48,447 nucleotides of DNA from Malacoraja senta. Taxonomy: Eukaryota. Positions 22,572 to 36,720 of the stretch are shown piece after piece. Position 1 is the stretch's first letter; each line of letters starts with the position of its first letter. The notes beneath the pieces are model-generated. The model was given only the letters and a program-made list of their open reading frames with translations, was not told where the DNA came from and made no database searches. The position numbers and the translations under genes were made by a program. The stretch is taken from the NCBI GenBank assembly GCA_038087875.1, contig JAXLNO010000613.1:1-48447 (forward strand), read 5' to 3'.

Positions 22572-24620
22572 CAGTTTTGCTCCCCTAATCCGAGGAAAGG
22601 ACATTCTTGCCATAGAGGGTGTACAGAGAAAGGTTCACCAGACTGATTCCTGGGAATGGCAGGACTTTCACACGAAGAAAGACTGGAAAGACTCGGCTTG
22701 TACTCGCTAGAATTTAGAAGATTGAGGGGGGATCTTATAGCACGGAGGCCTCTTAGAAACATAGAAACATAGAAAATAGGTGCAGGAGTAAGAGGCCATT
22801 CGGCCCCCCCCCCCCCCCCCCCGCCATTCAATATGATCATGGCTGATCATCCAACTCAGTATCCCGTACCTGCCTTCTCTCCATACCCCCTGATCCCTTT
22901 AGCCACAAGGGCCACATCTAACTCCCTCTTAAATATAGCCAATGAACTGGCGTCAACTACCCTCTGTGTGGCAGAGAGTTCCAGAGATTCACCACTCTCT
23001 GTGTGAAAAAGTTTTTCCTCATCTCAGTCTTAAAGGATTTCCCCCTTATCCTTAAGCTGTGACCCCTTGTCCTGGACTTCCCCAACATCGGAAACAATCT
23101 TCCTGCATCTAGCCTGTCCAACCCCATACGAATTTTGTACGTTTCTATAAGATCCCCTCTCAATCTCCTAAATTCTAGCGAGTATAAGCCAAGTCTATCC
23201 AGTCTTTCTTCATATGAAAGTCCTGACATCCCAGGAATCAGTCTGGTGAACCTTCTCTGCACTCCCTCTATGGCTATAATGTCCTTCCTCAGATTTGGAG
23301 ACCAAAACTGTACGCAATACTCCAGGTGTGGTCTCACCAAGACCCTGTACATCTGCAGTAGAACCTCCCTGCTCCTATACTCTTCAACCCATGCTGGCCC
23401 TCTGAGGCCACTCAGCCTCTTCACCCCATCAGTTTTGCTCCCCTAATCTGAGGAACGTACACAATTCTTATGGGGTTGGGCGGAACTGGAGTATTGCGTA
23501 CAGTTTTGGCCCTGTTGGCCTTCATAACAAGAGGAGTTGAGTACAGGAGGAAAGAGGTTCTACTGCAGTTGTACAGGGTCTTGGTGAGACCACACCTGGA
23601 GTATCGCGTACAGTTTTGGTCTCCAAATCTGAGGAAGGACATTCCTGCCATAGAGGGAGTACAGAGAAGGTTCACCAGACTGATTCCTGGGATGGCAGGA
23701 CTTTCACACGAAGAAAGACCGGATAGACTCGGCTTGTACTCGCTAGAATTTAGAAGATTGAGGTGGGGATCTTATGGAAACTTACAAAATTCTTCAGGGG
23801 TCGGACAGGCTAGATGCAGGAAGATTGTTCCCGATGTTGGGGAAGTCCAGGACAAGGGGTCACACAGATTGAGGATAAGGGGAAGGAAGTCTTTTGGGAC
23901 CGAGATGAGAAAATAAAAATTCTCACAGAGAGTGGTGAATCTGTGGAACTCTCTGCCACACAGAGGGTAGTTGAGGCCAGTTCATTGGCTATATTTAAGA
24001 GGGAGTTAGATGTGGCCCTTGTGGCTAAAGGGATCAGGGGGTATGCAGAGAAGGCAGGTACGGGATACTGCCTCCCCTAAATGCTCCCTTTATTCTAAGA
24101 CTGTGCGTGGCCCCTGGTTCTGGACTCGTCCAACATTGGGAACATTTTTCCTGCATCTAGCTTGTCCAGTCCTTTTATAATTTTATATGTTTCTATAAGA
24201 TCCCCCCCTCCTCCCTCATCCTTCTAAACTCCAGTGAATACAAGCCTAGTCTTTTCAATCTTTCCTCGTATGACAGTCCCGCCATCCCAGGGATCAATCT
24301 GGTGAACCTACGCTGCACTGCCTCGATCGCAAGGATGTCCTTCCTCAAGTTAGGAGACCAAAACTGTACACGATACTCCAGGTGTGGTCTCACCAGAGCC
24401 CTGTACAACTGCAGAAGAACCTCTTTTCTCCTGTACTCAACTCCTCTTGTTATGAAGGCCAACAGGCCAAAACTGTACACAATACTCTGGGCGAAAAAGT
24501 TTTTTCTCACCTCAGTCTTAAATGGCCGAGCCTTTTATTCTAAGACTGTGTGTGTGGCCCCTGGTTCTGTACTCGCCCAACATTGGGAACATTTTTCCTG
24601 CATCTAGCTTGTCCAGACCC
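22572..24620. mobile_element. CR1 fragment cluster: A+ 22572-22740, A- 22755-23381, A+ 23486-24070, C- 24085-24620
   Basis: ORFs 22957-23424, 23470-23916 and 24193-24510. Confidence 0.85.
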
Positions 24621-25035
24621 ATTCTCCGCAGCCCACAACAGCATGCCCTCTGAAAGCCCCTGCTGAGTTGGATAAGTTCGGCCTTCATCTCAATGAGTGA
24701 TGATGGAGCCACGAGAGGTCAAATAGGTGGAGAGGGACTCAAAACGACCTTTCCCTGCTACTGATCAAATTCTCCTTTGTCCTGTTGTTTTTCACACCTT
24801 GCCCTTCCATATCTCTAGACTCCCTCTCCACCTAACTCTCAGTCTGAAGTCGGGTCTCAATAGGTGCAGGAGTAGGCCATTCGGCCCTTCCAGCCTTTTA
24901 CTCTGATCATTTCCCTTTATAAATCCCAGACAACTCGACTCAAAAAATGACAATAGACAATAGACAACAGGTGCAGGAGTAGAGGCCTATTCGGCCCTTC
25001 GAGCCAGCACCGCCAATCAATGTGATCATGGCTGA

Positions 25036-25235
25036 NNNNNNNNNNNNNNNNNNNNNNNNNNNNNNNNNNNNNNNNNNNNNNNNNNNNNNNNNNNNNNNNN
25101 NNNNNNNNNNNNNNNNNNNNNNNNNNNNNNNNNNNNNNNNNNNNNNNNNNNNNNNNNNNNNNNNNNNNNNNNNNNNNNNNNNNNNNNNNNNNNNNNNNNN
25201 NNNNNNNNNNNNNNNNNNNNNNNNNNNNNNNNNNN
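25036..25235. other. Assembly gap (200 N)
   Basis: Run of N; the round length suggests a scaffolding placeholder. The left contig ends inside a CR1 3'UTR. Confidence 0.99.
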
Positions 25236-26459
25236 TTTTAATTCCATTTCCCTCACTGGCAACAGTGGAAGAGGATTTTAATTTTGGGCTGGGTTTGTGC
25301 TGGTGATCTTGGGGCTGCCGAACCCAGCCCTGATAATTTCAATTAACTGTAGCGCGCTCTTGTTAAACAACGCTGTTTAAATTTCCATCTCTCCCTCGGG
25401 CAAAGGAGATTATGGGGGCCCTTTTATAATTAGTAATCAAACCTTTAAAGAACGGTCCTTGTCATCTGTAATGTTTTCAGGACTGACATCGTTTTTTGAA
25501 ATGCGGATTTAAAAAAAAAAAAATCCACATTCTCGTGGAATTGTTTTCCCTAATCACATGCGATTTTTCCCCCCTGTTTTTTAAAAAATATATAAAATTG
25601 CACTGGAGGAATGTTTCTGCGCTGGTTCATTCAGATATTTGTGCATTTATATTTATTACCTATTAGTGAAACCTGCTTCAAATACCCTTGTGATTTTTTT
25701 TTTTTTAAATGTGTGTGTGTACGTCGTCCACAAGATCAGGTAAGAATGAGTGATTTCATATGTGGGAGTCTGGGTTTAATTTGAGGGCACCGTTTATTCC
25801 CGTTGGATATTTCGGCGTGGTATACGGTGACAAGTATCTTGGATTTTCTTCCCCTACCACACCCTATTCGGATGGCAGCGAGGAGCGTCCTTTCGAAAGG
25901 CGTCTCGGTTCTCCCAATTCCTCTTTCTGTCTCCCTATGCGTCTTCCCTGTGTTTATACGCGAGGGTTTTTATTTTTTAATCTTTGGCTTACTCAAGCAA
26001 GCAAAAAAGTGCTAAGAATCGGGGGGGAGTGATGAATGGGAATTGGGTTTGGGGCTTGTATCTCCTTGGGGTGAATGTGAAGTGGTGTTTGTCATTACCT
26101 CCGGTAGAATGGATTGGGATAATATATCAAAGAGCCCTTATTTAAATGTGAGAAGCTCAGAATTTAACATCCCTGATTATGGCAGAGGAGATTGTTTTTT
26201 GCTGTCGGGATTTTTCTGAGCTGAGGGTGAAACATTGCAGCTTGCCACGATAATGAGTCTGGTTTCAGATATTTGCCTGCCGACCCAGCAAGAATCCATT
26301 CCAACATTTGCATTAGCCCCCTCCAGCGAATAAATGTGACTAGCACAGTTTTATAGATACGTAGATACATAGAAAATAGGTGCAGGAGTAGAGGCCATTC
26401 GGCCCTTCCTTCGAGCCTGCACCGCCATCGTAAAATATGCATCGTAAAATATTGTAATC

Positions 26460-27566
26460 GAGGGCGGTGGAGGCCGGTTCTCTGGGTGCTTTCAAGAGAG
26501 AGCTAGATAGGGCTCTTAAAGATAGCGGAGTCAGGGGATATGGGGGAGAAGGCAGGAACGGGGTACTGATTGGGGATGATCCCTTAATAATCTAATATAT
26601 GTTTCAATGAGATTCCCTCTCATCCTTCTAAACTCCAGAGTGTACAAGCCCAGCCGCTCCATTCTCTCAGCGTATGACAGTCCCGCCATCCCGGGAATTA
26701 ACCTGGTGAACCTACGCTGGGCTCCCTCAATAGCAAGGATGTCCTTCCTCAAATTAGGTCGTGAAAGTGGGACAGTTTCCTTCACGTAGAAACATAGAAA
26801 CATAGACAATAGGTGCAGGAGTAGAGGCCATTCGGCCCTTCAAGCCTGCACCGCCATTCGATATGATCATGGCTGATCATCCAACTCAGTATCCCATCCC
26901 TGCCTTCTCTCCATACCCCCCTGATCCCTTTTAGCCACAAGGGCCACATCTAACTCCCTCTTAAATATAGAAACATAGACAATAGGTGCAGGAGTAGAGG
27001 CCATTCGGCCCTTCGAGCCTGCACCGCCATTCGATATGATCATGGCTGATCATCCAACTCAGTATCCCGTACCTGCCTTCTCTCCATACCCCCCTGATCC
27101 CTTTTAGCCACAAGGGCCACATCTAACTCCCTCTTAAATATAGAAACATAGACAATAGGTGCAGGAGTAGAGGCCATTCGGCCCTTCGAGCCTGCACCGC
27201 CATTCGATATGATCATGGCTGATCATCCAACTCAGTATCCCGCACCTGCCTTCTCTCCATACCCCCCTGATCCCTTTTAGCCACAAGGGCCACATCTAAC
27301 TCCCTCTTAAATATGGCCAACGAACTGGCCTCAACTACCTTCTGTGTGGCAGAGAATTCCACAGATTCACCACTCTCTGTGTGTGGAAAAAAAATGATTT
27401 TCTCATCTCGGTCCTAAAATACTTCCCCCTTATCCTTAAACTGTGTGACCCCCTTGTCCTGGACTTCCCCAACATCGGGAACAATCTTCCTGCATCTAGC
27501 CTGTCCACAACCCCTTAAGAATTTTGTACGTTTCTATAAGATCCCCCCTCAATCTTCTAAATTCTA
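26460..27566. mobile_element. CR1-B pieces (+ 26460-26580; - 26581-26760) and CR1-A (-) with three tandem 3' ends (26788-27566)
   Basis: ~174-bp units near 26790, 26968 and 27141. Confidence 0.85.
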
Positions 27567-27727
27567 ACGTAGATCCCTTCGATCGTCTTGGCTTATTTCT
27601 TGCTGGTCTGATTAGACCAACTGGCCTCTATGTAGTTCTTGGCTGGAAACATGGGTCTGTGTCGCAGGTAGTTATAAATACTGACTCTCCTTCCTTCCAT
27701 CAAAGGATGGCGTTACCAGAGAAGTGA

Positions 27728-28586
27728 ATAGCAAAAGGATTTGAGTATAGGAGCAGGGAGGTTCTACTGCAGTTGTACAGGGCCTTGGTGAGACCACACC
27801 TGGAGTATTGCGTACAGTTTTGGCCCTGTTGGCCTTCATAACGAGAGGAGTTGAGTATAGGAGCAGGGAGGTTCTACTGCAGTTGTACAGGGCCCTGGTG
27901 AGACCACACCTGGAGTATTGTGTGCAGTTTTGGCCCTGTTGGCCTTCATAACAAGAGGAGTTGAGTATAGGAGCAGGGAGGTTCTACTGCAGTTGTACAG
28001 GGCCCTGGTGAGATCACACCTGGAGTATTGCGTACAGTTTTGGTCTCCTAATCTGAGGAAGGACATTATAGCCATAGAGGGAGTACAGAGAAGGTTCACC
28101 AGACTGATTCCTGGGATGTCAGGACTTTCATATGAAGAAAGACCGGATAGACTTGGCTTGTACTCGCTGGAATTTAGAAGATTGAGGGGGGGATCTTATG
28201 GAAACTTACAAAATTCTTAAGGGGTTGGACAGGCTAGATGCAGGAAGATTGCTCCCGATGTTGGGGAAGTCCAGGACAAGGGGTCACACAGTTTAAGGAT
28301 AAGGGGGAAATATTTTAGGACTGAGATGAGAAAAACATTTTTCACACAGAGAGTGGTGAATCTGTGGAACTCTCTGCCACACAGAGGGTAGTTGAGGCCA
28401 GTTCATTGGCTATATTTAAGAGGGAGTTAGATGTGGCCCTTGTGGCTAAAGGGATCAGGGGGTATGGAGAGAAGGCAGGTACGGGATACTGAGTTGGATG
28501 ATCAGCCATGATCATATTGAATGGCGGTGCAGGCTCGAAGGGCCGAATGGCCTCTACTCCTGCACCTATTGTCTATGTTTCTATGT
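27728..28586 (+). mobile_element. CR1-A fragment with three 109/110-bp units
   Basis: ORF 27918-28220; 3'UTR and tail. Confidence 0.88.
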
Positions 28587-28626
28587 AACACTGCGTGAGC
28601 TCAGAATTTTAGTTCAAATAATGCAG

Positions 28627-29632
<1,006 letters not shown>

Positions 29633-30104
29633 CAGCCCTCCCTCCCTCTCCCCACCCACCTAATTTCAGTCCAAAGAAGGGTCCTGTCCCCAAACATCAC
29701 CCATCCTTTTTCTCCTGCGACACCGTCTGACCCCCTGAGTTACTCCAGCACTTTGTGTCTTCTCTGTGGTACAAACATCTGCAGTTCCTACGTTTTCTCC
29801 AGAATTTGACATTTGGAAGATTTCCCATTCTCTAAAAGGAGGAACCCTCAGTAACCTTCTCTTTTTCACATTTATGTACACGCGAATACAATTAAAAGGG
29901 GAACATATTTCATTGTGACTTTGTGTTTCCCTTTATCGGTTGGAGGGAAGTTCTCTCTCGTCTAATGTGCCCCCACGCCAGCAATACACGAACAATGATC
30001 TTATTTATTTTGTCAAAGAAGGAATATTTCGTCTAGATATGAAGATAGCTTCCTACTTATGTGCCAAATGATCTTTTAAAAATACATCAGAAATCAGGGG
30101 AAGG

Positions 30105-30367
30105 TAGTGCATCCGTGGATAACAAGGGAAATCAGGGATAGTATCAAAACAAAAGACGAAGCGTACAAATTAGCCAGAAAAAGCAGCCTACCAGAGGACC
30201 GGGAGAAATTCAGAGTCCGGCAGAGGAGGACAAAGGGCTTAATTAGGAAAGGAAAAATAGATTATGAAAGGGAACGTAAAAACTGACTGCAAATGTTTTT
30301 ATAGATATGTGAAGAGAAAGAGATTAGTTAAAACAAATGTAGGTCCCTTGCAGTCAGAAACAGGTGA
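30105..30367 (+). mobile_element. Internal CR1 ORF2 fragment (region between endonuclease and RT)
   Basis: HPWITREIRDSIKTKDEAYKLARKS...KCFYRYVKRKRLVKTNVGPLQSETG, typical of CR1 ORF2. Confidence 0.75.
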
Positions 30368-30384
30368 TCATTTATATATATATA

Positions 30385-30630
30385 CCACATTTAAAAAACA
30401 ACTCTCGTTGGCCAAAGTGCTTTCCATTTGTTATAAGAATAGTATAAACAAACAAACTACATACGTATATACGTGTAGCCCTCGCTCAGAGGACGTCAAG
30501 AAAGGCTTGGGAGTAGAGATAAGTCCAACAGGCGGGACAGGGAAGATTGGCTGATGCCGGTGTAGAGGGAGTTGCAGTAATCGAGGCGGGAGGAGATGAA
30601 TGTGTGGAGGATCTTTTCCAGGTCATCAAA
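30385..30630 (-). mobile_element. L2-clade 3' fragment, internally deleted
   Basis: Reverse complement of 12710-12845 joined to sequence matching 12390-12490. Confidence 0.75.
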
Positions 30631-30829
30631 TCGTCTTACCTCTGCCTTTCTTAGTTCATAAGTTACAGGAGCAGAATTAGGCCATTTGGCCCATCGAGTC
30701 GATTCAATCTATTTTTCGCTCTCAACCCCCCCATTTTCCTGCCCTCTCTTCATCACCTTCGACACCCTTACAAATCAAGAATTCTCTTTCCGGAAAGATG
30801 CCTCTGCAGTTTTTCGTTCCACCCGAATT

Positions 30830-31110
30830 CAGTTTGAAGATACAGCAGTCCCTTCGGCCCACTCAGTCCATGCTGACCATCTGTTCACACTAGTTCTATG
30901 CTATCCCACGTTCCCATCCACTCCCTACACACCAAGGGCGATTTACACCAGGGGCCCACGAGCCTACAAAATCACACGTCTTTGAGACGTGGGGGGAGGA
31001 AACTGGAGCATCCGGAGGAAACGCACGTGGTCACAGGGAGAGCTTGCGAACTCCACACAGACAGCATCGAACGTGGGTCTCTGGCATTATGAGGGGCAGC
31101 ACCTGGACCA
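30830..31110 (-). mobile_element. V-SINE-like element
   Basis: gggaggaaactggagcatccggaggaaacgcacgtggtcacagggagagcttgcgaactccacacagac is the reverse V-domain. Confidence 0.65.
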
Positions 31111-31112
31111 CC

Positions 31113-32010
31113 AGAGAATGGAGCGGCTGGGCTTGTACACTCTGGAGTTTAGAAGGATGAGAGGGGAACTCATTGAAACATATAAGATTAGAAACATAGA
31201 AACAATAGACAATAGGTGCAGGAGTAGAGGCCATTCGGCCCTGCACCGCCATTCAATATGATCATGGCTGATCATCCAACTCAGATTGTTAAGGGCTTGG
31301 ACACGCTAGAGGCAGGAAACATGTTTCCCATGTTGGGGGGGAGGGAGTCCAGAACCAGGGGCCACACACACACACACACACAGTTTAAGAATAAGGAGTA
31401 AGCCATTTAGAACGGAGACGAGAAAACACTTTTTCTCACAGAGAGTTGTGAGTCTGTGGAATTCTCTGCCTCAGAGGGCGGTGGAGGCCGGTTCTCTGGA
31501 TGCTTTCAAGAGAGAGCTAGATAGGGCTCTTAAAGATAGCGGAGTCAGGGGATATGGGGAGAAGGCAGGAACGGGGTACTGATTGGGGATGATCAGCCAT
31601 GATCACATTGTGCTGGCTGGAAGGGCCGAATGGCCTCTACTCCTGCACCTATTGTCTATTGTCTATAGCCCTATCTAGCTCTTAGAGAGAGCTCTTAAGA
31701 GGGAGTTAGATACCCTTAGAGATAGCGGAGTCAGGGGATATGGGGAGAAGGCAGGAACGGGGTACTGATTGGGGATGATCACATTGAATGGCTGGAAGGG
31801 CCGAATGGCCTCTACTCCTGCACCTATTGTCTATAGCCTTATCTAGCTCTTAGAGAGAGCTCTTAAGAGAGAGTTAGATACTCTCAGAGATAGCGGAGTC
31901 AGGGGATATGGGGAGAAGGCAGGAACGGTGTTACTGATTGGGGATGATCACATTGAATGGCTGGAAGGGCCGAATGGCCTCTACTCCTGCGCCTATTGTC
32001 TATTGTCTAT
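31113..32010 (+). mobile_element. CR1-B fragment with a nested A-type 3'UTR (31188-31285, -) and two extra rearranged 3'-end copies
   Basis: ERMERLGLYTLEF...; repeated 3' ends at 31667-31835 and 31836-32010. Confidence 0.82.
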
Positions 32011-32679
32011 TTGTGCCACTCTGCTGCCCTATATTGTGCCCCAGAATTGAATGGCTCCAACATGGCTGCCTCTGCCCTGAACAGTAAAATTATAATCTCT
32101 GCCTGTTTATCGTTCTCCTTTTCTAAAACTATCTCCGACCAAGTTTCAGGCCAGTGGGTCTTCACTCTTCCGGCGTAGCTTGCTTCCCAGTGTTGTTTGA
32201 TGCCTTTGAGGAGTTTTTATTGGGCTAATGATGCTTGCCAGGTTGTAAGTCATTGAGGATAAGACACAGGTGGCTGTGATTTTGATTGTAGGCCTGCATT
32301 ACAGAGAATCCCTGACTAGGCCTCATTCTTCCAGCTCGACTCAAGGTAAGTTTGTGCTCATTCTGAGTGGGTTTTTTTGGGCTGTGCAAAGTAATCGTTG
32401 GGGTTGCATTTTAAAAAGTCTTGTCACGGAAAATGATAACTGCACTGCGAGCATTACAGGCCCAATAGTTTCTATTCTTCAGCTGGCAAAGCCAGTATTT
32501 GTTCTCCGTTGGGCAGGTCTTGCTGAGTTACCCCCTTGAACCACTCGACTCTTTCCAGTGACGAGGCTGGCAAAAGTTGCATTCGAGGGAGACGATTGAG
32601 ATGAAGATAGATACATAGATACATAGAAAACAGGTGCAGGAGTAGGCCATTCGGCCCTTCGAGCCAATAGAGGAAAGAG

Positions 32680-34880
32680 AAGGTTCACCAGACTGATTCC
32701 TGGGACGGCAGGACTTTCATATGAAGAAAGACTGGATAGACTCGGCTTGTACTCGCTAGAATTTAGAAGATTGAGGGGGGGATCTTGTAGAAACGTTCAA
32801 AATTCTTAAGGAATCTGAGGAAAGACATTCTTGCCAGAGAGGGAGTACAGAGAAGGTTCACCAGACTGATTCCTGGGATGGCAGGACTTTCATACGAAGA
32901 AAGACCGGATAGACTCGGCTTGTACTCGCTAGAATTTAGAAGATTGAGGGGGGGATCTTATAGAAACGTTCAAAATTCTTAAGGAATCTGAGGAAAGACA
33001 TTCTTGCCATAGAGGGAGTACAGAGAAGGTTCACCAGACTGATTCCTGGGACGGCAGGACTTTCATACGAAGAAAGACTGGATAGACTCGGCTTGTACTC
33101 GCTAGAATTTAGAAGATTGAGGGGGGATCTTATAGAAACGTTCAAAATTCTTAAGGGGTTGGACAGGCTAGATGCAGGAAGATTGTTCCCGATGTTGGGG
33201 AAGTCCAGAACAAGGGGGTCACACAGTTTGTGGATAAGAGCAGGGAGGTTCTACTGCAGTTGTACAGGGCCCTGGTGAGACCACACCTGGAGTATTGCGT
33301 ACAGTTTTGGTCTCCTAATCTGAGGAAAGACATTCTTGCCATAGAGGGAGTACAGAGAAGGTTCACCAGACTGATTCCTGGGATGGCAGGACTTTCACAC
33401 GAAGAAAGACTGGATAGACTCGGCTTGTACTTGCTAGAATTTAGAATGAAAGAGGGGGGATCTTATAGAAACGTTCAAAATTCTTATGGGGTTGGACAGG
33501 CTAGATGCAGGAAGATTGTTCCCGATGTTGGGGAAGTCCAGGACAAGGGGTCACACAGTTTAAGGATAAGGGGGAAATCTTTTAGGACCGAGATGAGAAA
33601 AATTCTTACGGGGTTGGACAGGCTAGATGCAGGAAGATTGTTCCCGATGTTGGGGAAGTCCAGGACAAGGGGTCACACACAGTTTAAGGATAAGGGGGAA
33701 ATCCTTTAGGACCGAGATGAGAAAAACATTTTTCTTTTCACACAGAGAGTGGTGAATCTGTGGAATTCTCTGCCACAGAAGGTAGTTGAGGCCGGTTCAT
33801 TGGCTATATTTAAGAGGGAGTTAGATGTGGCCCTTGTGGCTAAAGGGATCAGGGGGTATGGAGAGAAGGCAGGTACGGGATACTGAGTTGGATGATCAGC
33901 CATGATCATATTGAATGGCGGTGCAGGCTCGAAGGGCCGAATGGCCTCCTGCACCTATTTTCTATGTTTCTATGAACTAACTATGAAGAAACTGTGAAAC
34001 GCCTGTGATGTGCCACCTTCAATGGCCCTGGCTTGTATTGAATCCTAATTTGAGGAAGGACATCCTTGTGATCGATGCAGTGCAGCGTAGGTTCACCAGA
34101 TTGATCCCTGGGATGGCGGGACTGTCATATGAGGAAAGATTGAAAAGACTAGGCTTGTATTCACTGGAGTTTAGAAGGATGATGAGGGGGGAGGGGGGGA
34201 TCTTATAGAAACATATAAAATTATAAACATTGAAACATAGACAACAGGTGCAGGAGTAGAGGCCATTCGGCCCTTCGAGCCTGCACCGCCATTCAATACG
34301 ATCATGGCTGATCATCCAACTCAGTATCCTGTACCTGCCTTCTCTCCATACCCCCTGATCCCTTTAGCCACAAGGGCCACATCTAACTCCCTCTTAAATA
34401 TAGCCAATGAACTGGCCTCAACTACCCTCTGTGGCAGAGAGTTCCACAGATTCACCACTCTCTGTGTGAAAACGTTTTTCCTCATCTCGGTCTTAAAGGA
34501 TTTCCCCCTTATCCTTAAGCTGTGACCCCTTGTCCTGGACTTCCCCAACATCGGGAACAATCTTCCGGCATCTAGCCTGTCCAACCCCTTAAGAATTTTT
34601 CTCATCTCGGTCCTAAAGGATTTCCTCCTTATCCTTAAACTGTGTGATCCCTTGTCCTGGACTTCCCCAACATCGGGAACAATCTTCCTGCATCTAGCCT
34701 GTCCAACCCCATAAGAATGTTGTAAGTTTCTATAAGATCCCCCCTCAATCTCCTAAATTCTAGCGAGTACAAGCCAAGTCTATCCAGTCTTTCTTCATGT
34801 GAAAGTCCTGCCATCCCAGGAATCAGTCTGGTGAACCTTCTCTGCACTCCCTCTATGGCGATAAAGTCCTTCCTCAGATT
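32680..34880. mobile_element. CR1 cluster: A+ with triple ~175-bp duplication (32680-33975), C+ (34043-34225), A- (34226-34880)
   Basis: ORFs 33230-33709, 34005-34208, 34321-34605 and 34635-34946. Confidence 0.85.
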
Positions 34881-35304
34881 TGAAACAGCAGGTACGCCGG
34901 TCCCAAGGGTTAACTGGGGAGAAATCCCTGGAGGAAGCGATTGCAATATGCGGGAGAGGTTGTGTGTTTTTTACCCATTGTAGAGCTAATCGATTATAGA
35001 GAGGCTGTTGCCTCAAGTGAAAGATATATGGGTGATATTTATATATTTATCTTGACTATGGTGACGCTTGGTTTGCTGGAGAAAATGAGCGGGTGTGATA
35101 TTTGAGTGATTCAGCTACTTGTTGCTGTCTCTGTGTTGGCCAATTCCCCGACGCAAACCCCCCAAATGCTGTTGACAGAGCTCATTCTGGTTTTGACGTA
35201 ACGATGTGTCTATATCCCGGGAGACCTGCTCTGTTGTCACTGAATTCCCTGCAGTGTTTGTGGCTCGGCTGCAGCCTGCCTCGCCCCTCGTGTGAGTTGG
35301 GAAG

Positions 35305-36720
35305 GCAATAGACAATAGACAACAGGCGCAGGAGCAGAGGCCGTTCGGCCCCTTCCAGCCAGCACCGCCATTCAATGTGATCACGGCTGATCATCCCCCA
35401 ATCAAGTACCCCGTTCCTGCCTTCTCCCCATATCCCCTGACTGACTCCGCTATCTTTAAAGAGCCCTATCTAGCTCTCTCTTGAAAGCATCCAGAGAACC
35501 CGCCCTCCACCGCCCTCTGAGGCAGAGAATTCCACAGACTCACCACTCTCTGTGAGAATTCCACAGACTCGCCACTCTCTGTGAGAATTCCACAGACTCA
35601 CCACTCTCTGTGAGAATCCCACAGACTCGCCACTCTCTGTGAGAATTGCACAGACTCGCCACTCTCTGTGAGAATCCCACAGACTCACCACTCTCTGTGT
35701 GAGAAAACGTGTTTCCTCGTCTCCGTTCTAAATGGCCGACCCATTATTCTTAAACTGTGTGTGTGTGTGTGTGTGTGGCCCCTGGTTCTGGACTACCCCC
35801 CCCCCCCAACACGGGGAACATGTTTCCTGCCTCTAGCGTGTCCAAACCCTTAATAATCTAATATATGTTTCAATGAGATCCCCTCTCATCCTTCTAAACT
35901 CCAGAGTGTACAAGCCCAGCCGCTCCATTCTCTCAGCGTACGACAGTCCCGTGTGCAGAGAGAGAGAGAGAGCTCTTGCAAACAAGGACTCCGTTCAGCC
36001 CTGCCACTCCCGGAGCCAGTTGGGGACGATCAGCCATGATCACAATGAATGGCGGTGTTGGCTGGAAGGGGCCGAATGGCCTCCTCCTGCACCTATTTTC
36101 TATGTTTCTATGATACGGGGAGAAGGCAGCGTAGGTTCACCAGGTTAATCCCCGGGATGGCGGGACTGTCATACGCTGAGAGAATGGAGCGGCTGGGCTT
36201 GTACGCTCTGGAGTTTAGAAGGATGAGAGGGCATCTCATTGAAACATATAAGATTGTTAAGGGTTTGGACACGCTAGAGGCAGGAAACATGTTCCCCGAT
36301 GTTGGGGGGGAGTCCAGAACCAGGGGCCACACACACACACACACACACACAGTTTAAGAATAAGGGGTCGGTCATTTAGAACGGAGACGAGGAAACACTT
36401 TTTCTCACAGAGAGTGGTGAGTCTGTGGAATTCTCACAGAGAGTGGTGAGTCTGTGGAATTCTCACAGAGAGTGGTGAGTCTGTGGAATTCTCACAGAGA
36501 GTGGTGAGTCTGTGGGATTCTCTGCCTCAGAGGGCGGTGGAGGTCGGTTCTCTGGATGCTTTCAAGAGAGAGCTAGATAGGGCTCTTAAAGATAGCGGAG
36601 TCAGTCATGGGATATGGGGAGAAGGCAGGAACGGGGTACTGATTGGGGATGATCAGCCGTGATCACATTGAATGGTTGGAAGGGCCGAACGGCCTCTACT
36701 CCTGACCCCTGTTGTCTATT
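35305..36720. mobile_element. Inverted pair of CR1-B fragments (- 35305-35950; + 36125-36720), both with a 29-bp tandem array
   Basis: Unit gagagtggtgagtctgtggaattctcaca at 36402-36520 and its reverse complement at 35525-35700. Confidence 0.85.

Noticed and set aside
25022..25306. ORFs spanning the N run
   Set aside because: Artefacts of the assembly gap; distance and orientation across it are uncertain.
32242..32244. Possible 3-nt microexon (ccag|gtt|gtaagt)
   Set aside because: Weak pyrimidine tract and no identified host transcript; compatible with chance.
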